This document shows, piece after piece, positions 22,194 through 24,000 of a stretch of DNA of 24,000 bases. A model generated the notes under the pieces. It did no database searches. It saw only the letters and a list, made by a program, of their open reading frames with translations, and was not told where the DNA came from. Each line of letters begins with the position of its first letter. The stretch's first letter is position 1. This DNA comes from Chamaesiphon sp. OTE_70b_metabat_96 (lineage in GTDB: Bacteria; Cyanobacteriota; Cyanobacteriia; Cyanobacteriales; Chamaesiphonaceae), in the NCBI GenBank assembly GCA_031376885.1, contig JANMEL010000124.1, positions 1 to 24,000 on the forward strand, read 5' to 3'. Position numbers and translations under genes: made by a program.

Positions 22194-23468
22194 ATGAAAA
22201 TTACAGAAATATCGCTCAAACACTACCGTGGAGCAGAATCATTACAGTTGCAACTGGGGCAGAACCTAAATGTTTTTGCTGGAGTTAATGGATCTGGCAA
22301 ATCTACGGTGCTGGATAGTATTGTAGTCATGCTTTCTTGGGCGGTAAGTCGGATTAAATCTGTGGGAGCTTCTGGACGACCCATATCCGAAGCAGATATC
22401 ATGAATGGCCACTCTTCAGCATTAATTGAAATTGTTTGTACTGAGGGCGATCGGATAATCGAGTGGAAACTATCAAAAAGCAGAAAAGGTCACGGCTCAC
22501 CAGCCGATCGTAGTAACCTAAATAATTTAAGTGAATTCACAAAACAGATTCAATCAGAGATTTCAGCAAAACATGAAAGCATTAACTTACCTCTTTTCGT
22601 TCACTATTCAGTAAATAGAGCTGTACTAGATATCCCATTAAAGATCCGAAAAAAAAATTCATTCAATCTACTTAGTATTTATGATGAATCTCTTACTACC
22701 GGATCTAGTTTTCGGACTTTTTTTGAATGGTTTCGAGAACGAGAAGATCTAGAAAATGAAAACATTAAATATCTCGCCCATCCACTAGCGACATTATCTA
22801 CATCAACAGATTCACAGCTAGAAATTGTCCGAAATGCTTTGCAGAAATTTTTACCAGAATTTACTAATTTTAGTATTCGTCGTAGTCCATTGAGAATGGA
22901 GGTTAAAAAGGGTGGTGAAACTTTAATAGTGAATCAACTTTCTGATGGCGAAAAGTGTTTAATTGCTTTAGTTGGGGATCTAGCAAGAAGAATGGCTATT
23001 GCTAACACTATGAGACAAGATCCCTTAGAAGGTGATGGAATTGTTCTCATTGACGAGGTTGATTTACATTTACATCCCAGATGGCAAAGAACTGTTATTT
23101 CAAAACTGACTGAGGTCTTTCCCAATTGCCAATTTATCATCTCGACTCATTCGCCTCATGTCATTAATCATGTACACCCAGAAAATCTTTTTTTACTGGA
23201 TCGAACCGCTGATGGTATTACAGCAACACATCCCTCAAAATCTTATGGAAATAATGTCGATCGCATCCTAGAAGATTTAATGGGTCTACAAACTACACGG
23301 ACAGATGATGTTTTCCAAGAACTTAGAGATATATACGAGCTAATTAGTCAAAATTTATTGCCCGATGCTACTAATAAAATCGTGACATTAAAACAAAAAA
23401 TTGGGATAGACCCTGAATTGGTAAAAGCTGAGGTCTTAATAAAAAGAAAAAAATTAATTGGTAAATGA
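22194..23468 (+). CDS. ptuA: ABC/AAA-type ATPase of the AAA_15/AAA_21 class (Septu PtuA-like defence ATPase)
   Basis: 424 aa. Features seen: Walker A GVNGSGKST (K36), an ABC-signature-like LSDGEK, Walker B IVLIDEVDLHLHP and the H-loop STHSPH. AGAGG lies upstream of the ATG. The gene is visibly more AT-rich than its neighbours and is translationally coupled to an HNH gene. Confidence 0.8.
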   Translation: MKITEISLKHYRGAESLQLQLGQNLNVFAGVNGSGKSTVLDSIVVMLSWAVSRIKSVGASGRPISEADIMNGHSSALIEIVCTEGDRIIEWKLSKSRKGHGSPADRSNLNNLSEFTKQIQSEISAKHESINLPLFVHYSVNRAVLDIPLKIRKKNSFNLLSIYDESLTTGSSFRTFFEWFREREDLENENIKYLAHPLATLSTSTDSQLEIVRNALQKFLPEFTNFSIRRSPLRMEVKKGGETLIVNQLSDGEKCLIALVGDLARRMAIANTMRQDPLEGDGIVLIDEVDLHLHPRWQRTVISKLTEVFPNCQFIISTHSPHVINHVHPENLFLLDRTADGITATHPSKSYGNNVDRILEDLMGLQTTRTDDVFQELRDIYELISQNLLPDATNKIVTLKQKIGIDPELVKAEVLIKRKKLIGK

Positions 23469-24000
23469 AGCATATTATCAAGCAATCTGAGCCAATAAAA
23501 TTTAGTGAATGGAAAGCACTTGCTAATGATGAGTGGCAACCTACCTATCCTAATTTAATGGGTGATGAAAAAAAGGCTGTTCATATATCACTGATGGAAG
23601 AACAGGGATACATTTGTTGTTACTGCGAGAACCGATTGATTGAAGTGGATTCTCATATCGAACATTTTAGACCACAGCACGATCCAATTGTTGATGCTTT
23701 AGATTATAGTAATATTATCTGCTCTTGCCAAAATCGAATTCAAAAAGGCGATCCACGTCATTGTGGTAATTTAAAAAATAAATGGTTCGATGATAAACTA
23801 TTAATTTCACCTCTTGAGGAGGGTTGTGAAAATAGATTTCGTTTCAATGGTGATGGTAGGATTTTGCCAACAGATCCTCATGACAAAGCTGCAATTACAA
23901 CTATTGAAAAATTGGGACTCGATCTGCCATTGATGAATAAGTTGCGAAATCAAGCTATTGAAGTATTTTTAGATGAGGAATTGACAGAAGAGGAGGTTGA
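23465..24000 (+). CDS. ptuB: HNH endonuclease, TIGR02646-like (Septu PtuB-like); partial, runs off the window end
   Basis: My own translation from the ATG at 23465 (ATGA overlap with the ptuA stop) is MKHIIKQSEPIKFSEWKALANDEWQPTYPNLMGDEKKAVHISLMEEQGYICCYCENRLIEVDSHIEHFRPQHDP...CSCQNRIQKGDPRHCGNLKNKWF... It has no stop for 178 codons. C.YCE...(H)IEHF.P plus CGN.K form the HNH-like pattern. It is not in the supplied ORF track because no stop codon falls inside the window. Confidence 0.75.
   Translation, partial: MKHIIKQSEPIKFSEWKALANDEWQPTYPNLMGDEKKAVHISLMEEQGYICCYCENRLIEVDSHIEHFRPQHDPIVDALDYSNIICSCQNRIQKGDPRHCGNLKNKWFDDKLLISPLEEGCENRFRFNGDGRILPTDPHDKAAITTIEKLGLDLPLMNKLRNQAIEVFLDEELTEEEV

Noticed and set aside
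21937-22288. ORFs 21937-22197 and 22100-22288 (plus strand)
   Set aside because: They run through the repeat cluster and into the ptuA 5' end in other frames. They lack an RBS and their composition is repeat-derived.
23348-23539. 63-aa minus-strand ORF across the ptuA/ptuB junction
   Set aside because: It is antisense to two coupled genes in an AT-rich region, where spurious ORFs are frequent.
1-24000. tRNA, rRNA, tmRNA, RNase P or 6S RNA genes
   Set aside because: I scanned intergenic regions for T-loop-type (GGTTCGAATCC-like) and other familiar motifs and recognised none. This is a visual negative, not a covariance-model search.

Overview
This is a chromosomal segment from a cyanobacterium, judged by the many HIP1 GCGATCGC / CGATCG sites. 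It is mostly housekeeping or stress-type genes with mobile DNA and small dispersed repeats between them.

Gene content, left to right:
- the C-terminal stub of an ISL3-like transposase at the window edge
- an SDR oxidoreductase
- an SRPBCC (cyclase/dehydrase) gene bracketed by inverted copies of a ~150 bp G-tract-rich repeat
- a formaldehyde-dehydrogenase-like Zn-ADH
- a ~900 bp ORF-free, repeat-dense gap
- a polytopic membrane protein preceded by a (GGGGATA)n heptamer array
- a clear spore-photoproduct-lyase (SplB) homolog
- an apparently intact IS200/IS605 element (tnpA + tnpB) with IS608-type end hairpins and guide/cleavage tetranucleotides
- a small WGxxGxxG-tailed secreted protein
- a YdeP/FdhF-family molybdopterin oxidoreductase
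- several small ORFs
- two FAD-dependent oxidoreductases
- a YahK-type NADP alcohol dehydrogenase
- a Cof-type HAD hydrolase
- a small gene followed by a truncated retropepsin-like remnant
- a GNAT acetyltransferase
- a secreted protein with an internally duplicated Cys module
- at the right edge, an AT-rich two-gene operon: an ABC/AAA-type ATPase translationally coupled to an HNH (TIGR02646-like) nuclease. The second gene runs off the window and is absent from the ORF track.

The most system-like element is that right-edge operon, which I interpret as a Septu (PtuA/PtuB)-type anti-phage module.

Secondary points of interest are the IS608-like element with a zinc-finger-less TnpB, a 48-nt hairpin mini-element seen in filled and empty sites, and the inverted repeats flanking the SRPBCC gene.

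I recognised no rRNA, tRNA or CRISPR array.

All functional calls rest on motif recognition by eye. No searches were run.
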